NCBI RefSeq assembly: GCF_004010195.1
Contig: NC_057721.1
Span: forward strand, 44,451,040-44,515,039
Origin: Chiloscyllium plagiosum
Lineage: Eukaryota
Length of the DNA: 64,000 nucleotides
Reading direction: 5' to 3'
In this document: in pieces, positions 50,483-63,550 of the stretch
Position numbering within the stretch: position 1 is the stretch's first letter
Layout of the letters: each line of letters starts with the position of its first letter
Made by a program: the position numbers and the translations under genes
The notes under the pieces: model-generated
What the model saw: the letters and a program-made list of their open reading frames with translations, nothing else
Told to the model about the DNA's origin: nothing
Database searches by the model: none

Positions 50483-51187
50483 TTTCACCATTTCTTGTCC
50501 CATAGCTGTGTAATTGTGAAGGAACAGAAGAAAAGCTCGTACTGCTAGTTTTCTACTGTCACTCATTGCTATTGTCATCATCTTTTAGTCATAAGTTCTG
50601 TATGCTTTGTCTCTGTTTCCCTAAGTAAAGGCCCCAATATAACAATCCTGTATCACAAACTAATTTTGAACTCACAGCTTCCAGGTTTGCCAGCCTGAGA
50701 AATGTTATTCCTTAGATAGGTGTGGCCTCATCCTCTAACTGGGTCATCTGCTTGGTGCATCAGAGACCTCTGTCTGGAGCCTGCTGCTCTATGTCATCGT
50801 ATGCCAACTTCTACTCGAAGAAGAATTCATAAATATTAAATAGCAGCAGCAATCTTTGATGCTTATCTCATTTGACTGTGAGTGTGTAGTGAAATAGAAG
50901 AATGAAGCATTGGAGGCAAGTTTCAAAGGGCCAGCATGCGTTGCAAGATGTGAGAGAATGCTAAACAGAAGTGTGTGTGGCAGAGAAGCTTCCTTGTACT
51001 TGGAATAGTGTGACTTTGTAGTCTCAATGATGTTAACCTCAACATTGAGAAGGCAGTGTTGAATGTTTTCTAAGGGTATCAGAAAGTTGGCAGGGTACTT
51101 AATCAGCTGGTTGCATTCTCTTGCTGTACTGGTGAGATTATAAAGTTTCTGCTTCCATTTTTAGCAGTGGGGGCTTGATCCTTAATC

Positions 51188-51305
51188 ATAAAATCCCTAC
51201 GTGTGGAAGCAGGCCATTTGGCCCATTGAGTCCACACTGACCCTCCGAAGAGCATCCCACCCAGATCCACCTCCTTGCCCTATCCCAGTAACCCTGCATT
51301 TCCCA
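51188..51305 (-). mobile_element. SINE 3' fragment
   Basis: gtgtggaagcaggcc...gtccacactgaccctccgaagagcatcccaccc. Confidence 0.7.
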
Positions 51306-52003
51306 CAAATTTAATGTAATAAAGATGCTGATATTTGCCTTTTCTTTTCCTTCCATGTGACATGGCAAAACTCCATCCCTTTTTCTGTCCCACTGTATTT
51401 CAGTAAAGACCATTTCATATGGCAATTTGCAAAATTTGAAAATCTTGTTCTCCTTTGTTAGTTGCAATTTTTGCCACCCACAGAACCTTCCTCCTTTTAA
51501 TCATATGCCAGTTTCCGGTTCTGTTCCACATTCCTGACCTTCCCTCCATGCCATCGTAGATTTTTAAGACCTATGGGTTAGGTCCTGTTTTGGCCAAGAT
51601 TCCTATTCTATTTCCTACTCAATTATTTACAGGAACTGACCCAGGCCACTGACAAGCTCAACCTCCTGTGGGGCCAACAGCTAGCAGTCCTGTACCCATC
51701 CATAGGGCAATGCACATTTCAAGCCCTGTGCCCTGAGTTCTGTATGGAGACACCAATTTGAGCTGTGTTCATGTAAAGAACATTACCAATGTTGTTCATT
51801 GTTAGAATAATTTGAAGTTGTAAGTGAGCCTCTGAATGAAGCACTGGTCTGCTTTCTTTTTATGTTTAGGTTTGCTTGGGTTGGTGACATCATTTCCTGT
51901 GGCAATGTCATTTCCTGTTCTTTTTCTCAGGGGGTAGTAAATGGGATCCACGTCAATGTGTTTGTTGATAGCGGTTGGAATGCCATGCTTCTAGGAATTC
52001 TCG

Positions 52004-55000
52004 TAGAACATAGAACATAGAACAATTCAGCACAGAACAGGCACTTCAGCCCTTGATGTTGTGCTGACCTGTGAACTAATCTAAACCCATCCCCCTACAC
52101 TATCCTATCATCATCCATGTGCTTACACAAGGATTGTTTAAATGCCCCTAATGTGGCTGAGTTAACTACATTGGCAGGCAGGGCATCCCACGCCCTTACC
52201 ACTCTCTGAGTAAAGAACTTGCCTCTGACAACTGTCTTAAATCTATCACCCTTGAATTTGTCACTATGCCACCTCATACAAGCTGATGCCATCATTCTAG
52301 CAAAAAGACTTTCACTCTCTACTATACCTAATCCCCTGATCATCTTGTATATCTCTATCAAATTTCCTCTTAGCCGCCTTCTCTCCAATGAGAACAGATG
52401 CAAGTCCCTCAGCCTTTCCTCATAAGACCTTCCCTCCAGACCAGGCAACATCCTGGTAAGTCTCCTCTGCACCTTTTCCAATGCTTCCACATCCTTCATG
52501 TATTGGGGCGACCAAAACAATACACAATATTCCAAGTGCGGCCGCACTAGCGTTTTGTATAATTGCAGCATGACGTTACGGCTCCGGAACTCAATTTCTC
52601 TACCAATAAAACCTAACACACCGTATGCCTTCTTAACAGCACTATCAATCTGGGTGACAACTTTCAGAGATCTATGTAAATGGATTTCAAGATCCCTCTG
52701 CGCATCTACACTACCAAGAATCTTTCCATTGACCCGGTATTCTGCCTTACTGTTTTTCTTCCCAAAGTGAATCACCTCACATTTATCTGCATTGAACTCC
52801 ATTTGCCACCTCTCAGTCCAATTCTGCAGTTTATCCAAGTCCTCCTGCAATCTGCAACATTCTTCCACACTGTCCACTACTCCACCAACTTTAGTGTCAT
52901 CTTCAAACTTACTAACCCATCTACCTGCATCCAAGTTATTTATAAAAATAACAAACAGATCCTTGTAGTACACCACTAGCAACCGGACTGCATCAACCAC
53001 CACTTGCTGCCTTCTTACAGAAAGCCAGTTTCTAATCCATACTGCTACATCACCCTCAATCACATGCCTCTGCATTTCTCCAACAGCCTACCATGCGGAA
53101 CCTTGTGAAAAGCTTTACTGAAGTCCATGTACACCACATCAACTGTCCTACCCTCATCCACATGCTTGGTCACCTCAAAAAAAACTCAATGAGGTTTGTG
53201 AGACATGACCGGCCCATGACAAAACAATGTTGACTACCTGAAATCTAATTGTTGCTTGCTAGATGATTATAAATCCTATCTCTTATAATACTTTCCAAAA
53301 CTTTTCCTACAACAGACATAAGACTCACTGGTCTATATTACCTGGGTCATCTCTACTGCCTTTCTTGAACAAGGACACAACATTTACAATCCTCCAGTCC
53401 TCTGGTACTAAACCAGTAAACAATGATAGCTCAAAGATCAAGGCCAAAGGCTCCGCCATCTCCTCCCTAGCTTGCCAGAGAATCCTCGGATAAATCCCAT
53501 CTGGCTCAGGGGACTTGTCTACTTTCATTCCTTCTAGAATTGATAACACCTCTTCCTTACTAACCTCGATCCTTTCTAGTCTAATATCCTGTATCCCATT
53601 CTTCTACTCTTCAATATTCTCCTTTTCCTGAGTAAAAACAGTTGAGATTTAGCACCTCTCCAGTCCACACACAACTTTCCACTTCTGTCTTTGACCGCCT
53701 CAATTCCTACCCTAGTCGTCCATTTATTCCTCACCTTTCTATAGAAAGCTTTAGGGTTCTCCTTTATTCTACCTGCTAAAGACTGCTCATGTCCTGTCCT
53801 TGCTCTTATTAACTCTCTCTTTAAATCCTTCCCAGCTAATCTGCAACTCTCAATCGCCTCATTTGAACCATCTCGTCTCAACATCACATACGCCTCCTTC
53901 TTCCTCTTAACAAGAGATACAATTTCTTTAGTTAACCACAGTTCCCTTACCTTCTCACTTCCTACCTGCCTGACAGTGACATACAATATCTGTTCCTTAA
54001 ACCAGCTCCATATTTCGAATGTCCCCATCCCCTGCATTTTGCTACCCCATTCTATGCATCCTAAGTCTTGCCTATTCGTACTGTAATTGCCCTTCCCCCA
54101 TCTATAACTCTTGCCCTGTGACATGTACCTATCCCTTTCCATTGCTAAACTAAACGTAACAGAATTATGGTCACTCTCTCCAAAGTGCTCACCTACCACT
54201 AAATCAAATGCCTGGCCTGGTTCATTACCAAGCACCAGATCCAGTGTGGCCTCCCCTCTTGTTGGCCCTTCGACATACTGTGTCAGGAAACCCTCCTGCA
54301 CACATTGGACAAAAGCTGATCCATCCGACGTACCAGAGTTATAGTATTTCTACTCAATGTTGGTGAAGTTAAAGTCCCCCATAATGACCACCCTGTTCCT
54401 TTCACTTCTACCCAGAATCGTTTTTCAGATCCTCTCCTCCACATCCCTGGAACTTTGCGGAGGCCTATAAAAATTCCCCAGCAATGTGACCTCTCCTCTC
54501 CTATTTCTAACCTCAGTCCATACCACCCCAGTAGACAAGTCCTTGTCAAAAGTCCTTTCAGCCACCATTATACTGTTCTTGACTAACAAGGCCATACCTC
54601 CTCTTCTTTTATCACCTTTCCTGTTCTTAATGAAAGATCTAAACCCTGGAACCTGCAACATCCATTCCTGACCCTGCTCTATCCATTTCTCCGAAATGGC
54701 CACAACATCGAAGTTCCAGGTACCTATCCATGCTGCAAGCTCACCTACCTTATTCCGGATACTCCTGGTATTGAAGTAGACACACTTCAAACCAGCTTGC
54801 TGTCTGCCAGCACACTCCTGTGACCGTGAAATCCTGCCCATGCCTTCCCTACTCTCATCCTCCTGTGTACTGGAACTACATCTCTGGTTCCCATCCCCCG
54901 GCTGAGCTAATTTAAATCCATCCGAATAGCACTAGCAAATTTACCACCCAGGATATTAGTACCCCTCTGGTTCAACTGAAGACCATCCTGTTTGTAGAGG

Positions 55001-55857
55001 TCCACCTTCCCCAGAATGAGCCTCAATTACCTGAAACCCTCCATCCTGCACCATCCCTGAAGCCACGTATTCAGCTGATATCTCTCTCTATTCCTTGCCT
55101 CACTATCATGTGGAACAGGCAACAAACCAGAGCTTCCATCCTAGCTCCCTGAAATCCTGCCTTACATCACTATCCCTCTTTCTGCCCATGTCATTAGTAC
55201 CTATGTAGACCACGACATGGGGCTGGTCACTCTCTCCCTTCAGGACCCCAAAGACATGATCCAAGACATCATGGACCCTGGCACCTGGGAGGCAACACTC
55301 CAACCGTGAGTCTCGTTGGTTCCCAACAAACCTTCTATCTGACCCTCTAACAATTGAGTCCCCAATGACTAAGACTCTCCTCCATTCCCTCCTTCCCTTC
55401 TGTGCAACAGGGGCAGACTCTGTGCCAGAGAGATGCACCCCACTGCATGCCTTTGGTAAGTCGGTGCCACCACCCCCCCAACAGTATCTAAAACGGTGTA
55501 CTTGTTTTTCAGGGGAATGACCATAAGGGATTGTTGCACTGACTGTTTTTTCCCCTTTCGAACAGTTACCCAGCTTTCTTCGTGCAGGGAGTAACTGCTT
55601 CCCCGTAAATCTTATCTATCACAGCTTCTGCCTCCCGAATGATCCAAAGTTCATCCACCTCCCGCTCAAGTTCCCTAACACGGTCTTGGAGGAGTGAGGG
55701 TTGGGTGCCTTCCTGCAGATGTACTTGAATGGGACACTAATGATGTTCCTCACCTCAAACATAATGCAGGAGGAACATTCCTCTCCCTGCACTGCCATCC
55801 CTGCTAGTCTCCTTTTCAGAATGTAGAAAAGAAGAGAAGCTTACGTGATGTGTCACC
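52004..55857 (-). mobile_element. Near full-length CR1 LINE: ORF1 (zinc finger plus SGNH esterase) and ORF2 (APE plus RT), frameshifted
   Basis: ORF1 from about 55798 (MAVQGEECSSCIM...; VLVIGDSIVRG...GTNDMG). APE motifs YFNTRSIRNK, YRPP, LDLVL and SDHNSV. RT at 52095-53549; (TAGAACA)n tail at 52004. Confidence 0.95.
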
Positions 55858-57416
55858 ATGAATGTCGCTGTTTAGCTTGTCCTAGGATGAATGTGTTGTC
55901 CCTGTCGAAGTGGTGTCCTTCCTCATCTGTATGCAAGGATACTAGTGAGAGTGGGTCATGTCCTTTTGTGGCTAGTTGATGTTCATGTATCCTGGTGGCT
56001 TGTTTTCTGCCTGTTTGTCCAATGTAGTGTTTGTTACCGTTCTTGCAAGGTGTTTTGTAAATGACATTAGTTTTACTAGTTGTCTGTATAGGGTCTTTCA
56101 ACTTCATTTGCTGCTGTTTTATTGTGTTGGCGGGTTTGTGGGCTACCATGATGCCAAGAGGTCTGAGTAGTCTGGCAGTCATTTCCTGAGATGTCTTTGA
56201 TGTAGGGGAGATTGGCTAGGTTTTCTGGACATGCTTGTTGGGGTTTGTTACTGAGAAATTGGCAGATTGTGTTCATTGGCTACCTGTTCTTTTTGAATAC
56301 ACGGTATAGGTGATTTTCCTCTGCTCTGCGTAGTTCCTCTGTGCTATAGTTTGTGGTGGCTTGTTAAAATAATGTTCTGATGCAGCCTCGCTTGTGGGTG
56401 TTGGGGTGATTGCTTCTGTAGTTCAGTATTTGGTCCATATGTATTGTTTTCCTGTAGATGCTGGTTTGAAGTTCCCCATTGGCTGTTCGCTCTACTGTGA
56501 CATCTAGGAATGGCAGTTTGTTGTTGTTTTCCTCCTCTTTAGTAAATTTTATGCCAGTAAGGTATTATTGATGGTCTTGAAGGTTTCCTCTAATTTGTTT
56601 TCTTTGGGTCCATGTGACAGACCCAAAGTTTGGCTTGGATGGTTGACAGAACTATTTGTTTGAGTCTCTGCATTACTGCCTCTGCCAAGAACTCTGATAT
56701 CGGAGATCCCATGGGTGTTTCGTTGGGTTGTCTGTAGGTTTTGTTATTGAAGGTGAAGTGGGTGGTAAAGCATAGGCCCACTAGCTTGACGATGTTGTCC
56801 TTGCTGAGGAAGTTGGTGATGTTTGGTGTATATTTGTTTGGTTCTTCTAATAATGTAGTCAGTGCTTCCTTGGCCAGGTTGATGTTGATGGATGTGAACA
56901 GGGGTGTTACATCAAAGGAGATCATTATTTCATCCTCTTCTGTCTTGGTGTCTTTGATGGTCTTCAGGAATTCTTGGGTGGAGTGGAGGGAGTGGCATGT
57001 TTCAGTCTTTTGTTTAGCTCCTTGGCCAATCTGGAAGTTGATGTTCCAGGTAGCAAGACTATGGGTCTGAGAGGGGCTCCTGGTTTGTGAATTTTGGGTA
57101 ATCCATAGAAACGTGGTGTGTTGGATCCATCTGATTTCATTTTATGGAAGTCAGTCTTATTTCCTTTCATGTGTATTGAGTGTATTTCCTTCCTTTTTCC
57201 TGCTTTGGTGCGACTATCTGTCTGATGGTTTGCTGGATTTCCTCTGTGAGTTGGTTGTCTTTTAGCATTGTTTCTAATACTGCCAAGAAATCTTTCTTGT
57301 CTACATTCCCAAAGTTGTAATTTAATCCTCTTACTAAGATAGCTTTTTCAGTGTCTGTTAAGAGTCGGTCAGATAAGTTTTTTATCCATGCTTCTGTATT
57401 GACTGTATTGTTATTT

Positions 57417-58030
57417 TAGAGTCATAGAGTTATACAGATGTACAACATGGAAACAACTTCGGTCCAACCCGCCCATGCCGACCAGATATCCCAACCCAAT
57501 CTAGTCCAATCTGCCAGCACCCGGCCCATATCCCTTCAAACCCTTTCTAATCATATACCCATCCAAATGCCTCTTAAATGTTGTAGTTGTACCATTTTCC
57601 ACCACTTCCTCTGGCGGCTCATTCCATACACGTAGCTCCCACTGCGTGAAAATATTGCCCCATTGGTCTCTTTTATATCTTTCCCCTCTCACCCTAAACC
57701 TATGCCCTCTAGTTCTGGACCCCCCAACCCCAGGGAAAAAAACTATCCTATCTATGCCACTCATGATTTTGTAAACCTCTATAAGGTCACCCGTCAGCCT
57801 CCGATGCTCCAGGGAAAACAGCCCCAGCCTGTTCAGCTTCTCCCTATAGCTCAGATCCTCCAACCCTGGCAACATCCTTGTAAATCTTTTCTGAACCCTT
57901 TCAAGTTTCACAACATCTTTCCGATAGGAAGGAGACAAGAATTGCACGCAGTACTCCAATAGTGGCCTAATCAATGTCCTGTACAGCTGCAACTTGACCT
58001 CCCAACTCCAGTACTCAGTACTCTTCTGAC
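57417..58030 (-). mobile_element. CR1 3' end
   Basis: ORF LYRTLIRPLLEYCVQF...ERVQKRFTRMLPG; agagtcatagag tail. Confidence 0.93.
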
Positions 58031-58389
58031 CATTTTGTGTAAGTTTGTCTATTGCTTTCTGCAAGTCTAGTTTTTTTGTTTTCTGTGTTTGTCATTGTCT
58101 AATGTCTACTATTTGTTGTACTGTGTCTGTCCATTCATGGTCTGTTGCATTTATGAGTAAAGATTTTGGCACAAAATGTCCCAGTTATATTTATGAAGTC
58201 TGTTGAGGGCATCATTATTCATTTCTCTAAGCATTCTGCTGCCGTTTTGCTCTGCTATTCTTTTGGCTAGTGGGGTGTTAAGGGGAGGTTTGTATTTAAG
58301 ACATTTAGGTAGTATCTGTTTCCTTAGGCATTCGTTCAGGCAGTACAGCTATTTGCAGCTTTCATGCACCCATAGACATTAGCATGTTT

Positions 58390-59510
58390 TGAGAAGGTTT
58401 GTAGCTCAGGTTGAGGTTCTTGATATAGGTTTGCTCACTGAGCTGGAAGGTTTGTTTTCAGATGTTTTGTCGACATACTAGATATTATTAGTGAGCCTCT
58501 GGATGAGGCACTGGTTACATGGCCCACTTTCTTTTTATGCATTTAGGTTTCCTTGGGTTGGTGATGTCATTTGCTATTGTGACATCATTTTAGAATATAG
58601 CATATAGAACATAGAATACCATTTTCTATGGTAATGTCATTTCCTGTTCTTTTTCTCAGGGGGTGGTAAATGGGATCCAAGTCAATGTGTTTGTTGATAG
58701 AGTTCCGGTTAGAATGCCATGCTTCTAGGAATTCTTGTGCATGTCTCTGTTTGGCTTGTCCTAGGATGGATGTGTTGTCCCACTCAAAGTGGTGTCCTTC
58801 ATTATCTGTATGTAAGGACACTCAACAACAACCCAAACAAGCAAGACAAAACACATCCAGAAACCCTAGCCACTCTTCCCTACATCAAAAACTTCTCAGA
58901 AATGACTGCCAGACTACTCAGACCTCTTGGTATCATGGTAGCCCACAAACCTACCAACACATTAAAACAGCGGCGAATGAACTTGAAAGATCCTCGACAG
59001 ACAACAAGCAAAACTAATTTCAATTACAAAATACCTTGCAACAGCTGTAACATACACTACATTGGACAAACAGGGAAAACTAGCCACCAGGATGTATAAA
59101 CATCAACTAGTCACAAAAGGACATGACACACTCTCACTAGTATCCTTACATACAGATGAGGAAGAAAACCACTTTGACTGGGACAACATTGTCCATCCTA
59201 GGACAAGCCAAACAGAGACACGCATGAGAGTTCCTAGAAGCATGGCATTCCAACTGGAACTTTATCAACAACCACATTGACTTGGATCCCATTTATCACG
59301 CCCTGGAAAAAAAAGAAAATGACATTACCACAGGAAATGATGCCACCACAGGAAATGATATCACCAACCCAAGGAAGCCTAAACACATAAAATGAAAGTG
59401 GGCCATTCCACCAGTGCTTCATCCAGAGGCTCATTGATGATGTTACCTAGTATGGTGACAAAACGTCTGAAAATGAACCTTCCAGCTCAGTGAGCAAACC
59501 TACATCCAAA
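58390..59510. mobile_element. Fold-back Poseidon-type Penelope (minus arm about 58390-58815, plus arm about 58816-59510)
   Basis: taggtttgctcactgagctggaagg at about 58426 is inverted to ccttccagctcagtgagcaaaccta at about 59478. GIY-YIG ORF fragments are present on both strands. Confidence 0.85.
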
Positions 59511-59567
59511 ATAAATGAAATAATGGCATGGTTTCTCAAATAACTAGACTTGTTCTGGAGATTGTGA

Positions 59568-60297
59568 TGTTACGAAATGGGGTAAGCCCTCCTGCTTAAT
59601 TTAAAACCAGCAACACAGAAAATATTTATCCTGTGCAGTAGTCTATAAAAATTTGACTGGCCAAGAAATATTTAAAGTAAAAATTAACAACTTGATTTCT
59701 TAAAGTATAACAGAGAATAATTAACTAACACTATGTATAGGTCCTTACTCTAACCTATCTTTTATCTCCCTTCTATAATACTAGTCTGATAAAACTCCTA
59801 ATTAAGATTTATAAAACAAGACTTCTTATCTCAAAACCAGGCAGCTTTTGTTTCTTTTATTTGGATCTTCCTGTGTGTTGTTTTCTTCTTCTTAGGAATT
59901 TCTGTGTCACAGGTTACTGATTGAAAAGGTACCTTTTAAGAGAGCTATTTTTTAGGCAGTCTGTTTACATTCTGGGCTTGGCAGTTCTCCTTTCAACTGT
60001 TCAATTTTTCCCGGTTTTATACCCCCCAAAGCATCGGATTATGTCATTGGCTTTTAAGATTGTCAATATACTAAATACAAACTGGATTGGAATTTGGTAT
60101 TTTTCTGGGTATAATTTAAACTGATTGTCCAAATTCAAATTTGTTTTTGTCTCCACGTAACAAGCTAGTCGAGTTGTTCGACCAAGTGTTACATTGTTAT
60201 CTTATTGAGAACACTTGGTGCTATGTCTGGTGGTTCTACAGCTTTTAACTCTCCTACTGGTAGTTCTACAGCTTTTAACTCTTACAACTTCATAACA
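59568..60297. mobile_element. Solo LTR, 730 bp, with 4-bp TSD
   Basis: TGTTA...TAACA termini flanked by GTGA at 59564-59567 and 60298-60301. Contains a 30-bp internal tandem duplication at about 60231-60291. Confidence 0.78.
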
Positions 60298-61359
60298 GTG
60301 ACACTGAAAAAAATGTCAATCAACCTAGACTTGGTACAGAAGGAGAAGATGGCCCCAAATTACCCCAGGGTGGGTCGTTTCATCAAAATAAACCAGTGTC
60401 TCTATTTTGCCAGGTCATTGGTAATGTTGATATTTCCCATTTGGCCTTTTTAAAGGAAGGGGCTCCTGTCTGTTCCTTACATGGCTAACATTGTCAGCTC
60501 TTTTGATAGGAGATTCCACTTTTCTAGCTCGGCATGAACCTGGTGAAATTCTGGCAGACAGAACACTGACTGCAATAAGGCATATGAGTCCCAGATGGTA
60601 CAAGTATACCTCTACTTTGGGGAGGAGCATCCATGCAGGGAAAACCGCCTGTATCTCTGAAGCAAAGCTGAACTTGTTCATAAATCGAATAAGGAATGGA
60701 GAGTTCAAAAAGAGCACTGTTGAGTCCTGGGGGGTGGTATGGGAAGGCTGCTGGGCAACCATTACCACCTCTCCGCCCGCCCCCATTTGTATATTTGTAT
60801 ATTTCTATACATTTGTACATTTCAGCTACCTGGGTGGGACAAGCAAGTTTCAAAGCTGTGACTTGAGATGCCTTCTGTTGAGTCTGAAATTCCCTGTAGG
60901 GTCAGCACTTGGAGGACATTGGAATTGCTAGAATTTTCTATTTGAAATTGAGACCCCCACACATCAGAAAAGCATTTGAGTTATGCCAGAAACTTGGAAT
61001 GTTGAGAATCCTATTGGAGGGTTCTTAGTGATTCAAACCTCCTGGTGCATTGGAAGATTGGATAGAATGGACATAGGTAAGTTAATGCTTGTTCATTTTA
61101 GAATAGCAAATTGAAATTGCAGCATGAGATATCAGTGTACAAATGCTAAATATATATGTTTGTAAGCCTACCCGCTAATTTTAGCAGGTAGAGTTATAGA
61201 CCAAAACATTAATGTGCTAATATCCATGATATGATTCTTAGAATTTGAAAGACAATTAGAGTCAAATACAAGAGCTAAGACAGCTTCATGGGTTGATATT
61301 TTCCCCTTGTAAGTAATGCTAATCTCCACCTCTTTCCTAGCTTCTGTCTATTCTGGGAG

Positions 61360-61710
61360 GTGATGATCAAGTGGTATTATCACTGACCTGTTAATCTGGT
61401 GACCCAAGTCTAGTGACCATGGGGCCTGGATTCAAATCCTGCTACAACAATTGGGGGAATTTGAATTCAATAAAAGTCTAGAATTAGGAGTCTGATGGTC
61501 AATGTGAAACCTGTTGTCAATAGTTGGAAAAATTCACCTGGTTTACTAATGTCCTTTAGTGAAGGAAACAGCCATCCTTATCTGGTCTGGCCTACACGTG
61601 ACTACAGATCCGCAGCAATGCAGTTGACTCTTAACTGCCCTCTGGGCGACTAGGGATTGGCAACAAATGCTGGTCTCATGATGCCTTCATGCTGTGAATG
61701 AATTTAAAAA
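61360..61710 (+). mobile_element. tRNA-derived SINE (Deu-domain/SacSINE1-like) with a family-B LINE-like 3' tail
   Basis: B-box-like GGATTCAAATCC; core ctggtttactaatgtcctttag...ctggtctggcctacacgtgact; tail ...ggcaacaaatgctgg...tgaatgaatttaaaaa. Confidence 0.62.
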
Positions 61711-62058
61711 GAATTACAACTTTTGACTCAATTTTCGTTTCCAATTGAAATATTCCTTTAACACTGGAAAGCAGTAATTACTCATGAACATTTTCATACT
61801 GGGAATCAATGGTGCTTTGTAGGCAGCTTCCTGTGAAGTTTAAAATTAAGCAAGTTTTGAAATGTAAGACAGAATTGTAAGATGTCCTTTTTCTCCCCAT
61901 CGCATCGTACCTGCAAAGTGTACTAGCATTGCCTATCTATAAACTATATACAGTTTCTCAAATCATTGGTAGCCAAATATTCATCCTTAATGTGTGAACT
62001 TAGTATTTTAAGATATATTTTTGTTTAATCATTAATCATTTTTTTCTCTTTTTCTTAG

Positions 62059-62466
62059 TTATTCCAGACACACTCAGTGCAACATCGGTACCCCAGACCC
62101 TGGATAAAGTTGAAGGTGACTCCCTGGAACTGGTCTGTGAAGTATCTAAACAAACAGCACAGCACACACACGTGGCTGTCACATGGTACATACAGAAGGG
62201 AAATCAGAACCTCAAGGTCATCTCTCTCACACGAGATTTCATCCTACGTTCTGGAGATTCATACAAACAAAGGCAGGCATCAGGAGATGTACGATTGGAT
62301 AAGATTGGAGCGACTTCATTCAAACTCACCATCTATAAACTGCAGGCATTTGATCAAGGAGAGTTCTACTGTGAGGCTAGAGAATGGATCCAAGACCCAG
62401 ATCGGTCTTGGTTCACCATAGCTACCAAGCGCACTGACAAAACAATTGTGAATATAAAAGCTACCG
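62059..62466 (+). CDS. IGSF3: Internal exon encoding V-type Ig domain 2 of an EWI-family protein (IGSF3, CD101-related)
   Basis: Polypyrimidine tract plus AG at 62057-58, donor GTAAGT at 62467, 408 nt, phase 1/1, no stops. Protein: (V)IPDTLSATSVPQTLDKVEGDSLELVCEVSKQTAQHTHVAVTWY...ISLTRDF...DVRLDKIG...DQGEFYCEAREWIQDPDRSW...VNIKAT. The C-W-C Ig core and EWIQDPD motif match IGSF3/CD101 domain 2 as recalled from memory. Confidence 0.9.
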
Positions 62467-62944
62467 GTAAGTGGTTGTCATTGAAAATGTGATCACCATA
62501 GCTATTATAGGAGCAAGTAGAGAATAATGCATTGTGGGCATATAACATACAGTGTGAGAAAGGTAGCACTAAAATAGTTAGGTCAGGTTCCTGGAGCAAC
62601 AAGAAATGGTTATCTCCTGAATGCACTCTGAAAGACAGAACACATTAGCCATTGATGCCAACCAGAGGGTAAGTATGGAGCTGAGTAGAAATATTAGAGA
62701 ATAGCCATACGCAATTACTTATATAAACAATTGGTTAGATAGTAATGCCCTTAACCTATTTGTCAGTTACATTTAGTTGCACACAACTGAGTTAACATTC
62801 AACATTGATAAATTTCTCAAACACCATAGGCTAAGGGAAGATGCATTAAATACAGAAAGCTGCGTCAGCTTGGCTTCATGAAATTGGCCCACCCTGGGAG
62901 GTTTTACGAACAGCAGAGCTGGATGTTTTCTGATAGGGGCTATA

Positions 62945-63550
62945 GACAGGTTCTACATGAATTTGAAAAGGCAAGGTCTGACGAGGGATAGTCAGCATAG
63001 CTTTGTGGTTGGGAAATTGTGTCTCAAAAATTTAATTGAGTTTTTTGAAGAGGTGGCCAAAAATATAGATTAAGGCAGAGGGGTAAAGAGTATAGGTTTA
63101 AGGTGCTAGGGAAAAAAATTAAAAGAGACCTGAAGGGGCAATATTTTCACACAGAAGGTATTTTTATATTAGATTAAATTCCCTACAGTATGGAAACAGG
63201 CCCTTCGGCCCAACAAGTCCACACCGACCCTTCTAAGAGTAACCCATCCAGACCCATTCCCCTACACTGTATTTACCCATGACTAATGCACCTAACATGA
63301 TGGGCAATTTATCATGGCCAATTCACCTGACCTGCACATCTTTGGATTGTGGGAGGAAACTGGAGGGTGGTGTGTATATGGAACGAGCTGCCAGAGGAAA
63401 TGCAGGTACAATTGCAACACTTAAAAGGACATTTGGATAGGTAGATGGATAGGAAAGGTTTAGACAGTTATGGGCCAAACACAGGCAAATTGGGAAATTT
63501 GGCTGGCATGGACAAGATTGGCCGAAGAGAATGTTTCCATGCTGTATGAC
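62945..63550 (+). mobile_element. Internally deleted CR1 with a nested SINE (63168-63365, minus)
   Basis: [22 protein letters not shown] and WNELPEE motifs; SINE core ggcaattta...cacctgacctgcacatctttgg. Confidence 0.8.

Larger units (their letters stand above)
51824..58400 (-). mobile_element. Poseidon-type Penelope element (RT plus GIY-YIG), split by two CR1 insertions
   Basis: FYGLPKIHKPGAPLRPIV, MISFDVTPLFTSI, PMGSPIS and NVIYK...YIGQTGR motifs. The 3' part lies at 51824-52003 and continues at 55858. Confidence 0.9.

Noticed and set aside
60491-60931. 146-aa ORF as an upstream exon of the Ig gene
   Set aside because: No Ig motifs, a TTG start and no convincing splice sites.
62077-62421. 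114-aa ORF overlapping the exon
   Set aside because: It is an alternative frame of the Ig exon with no recognisable motifs.
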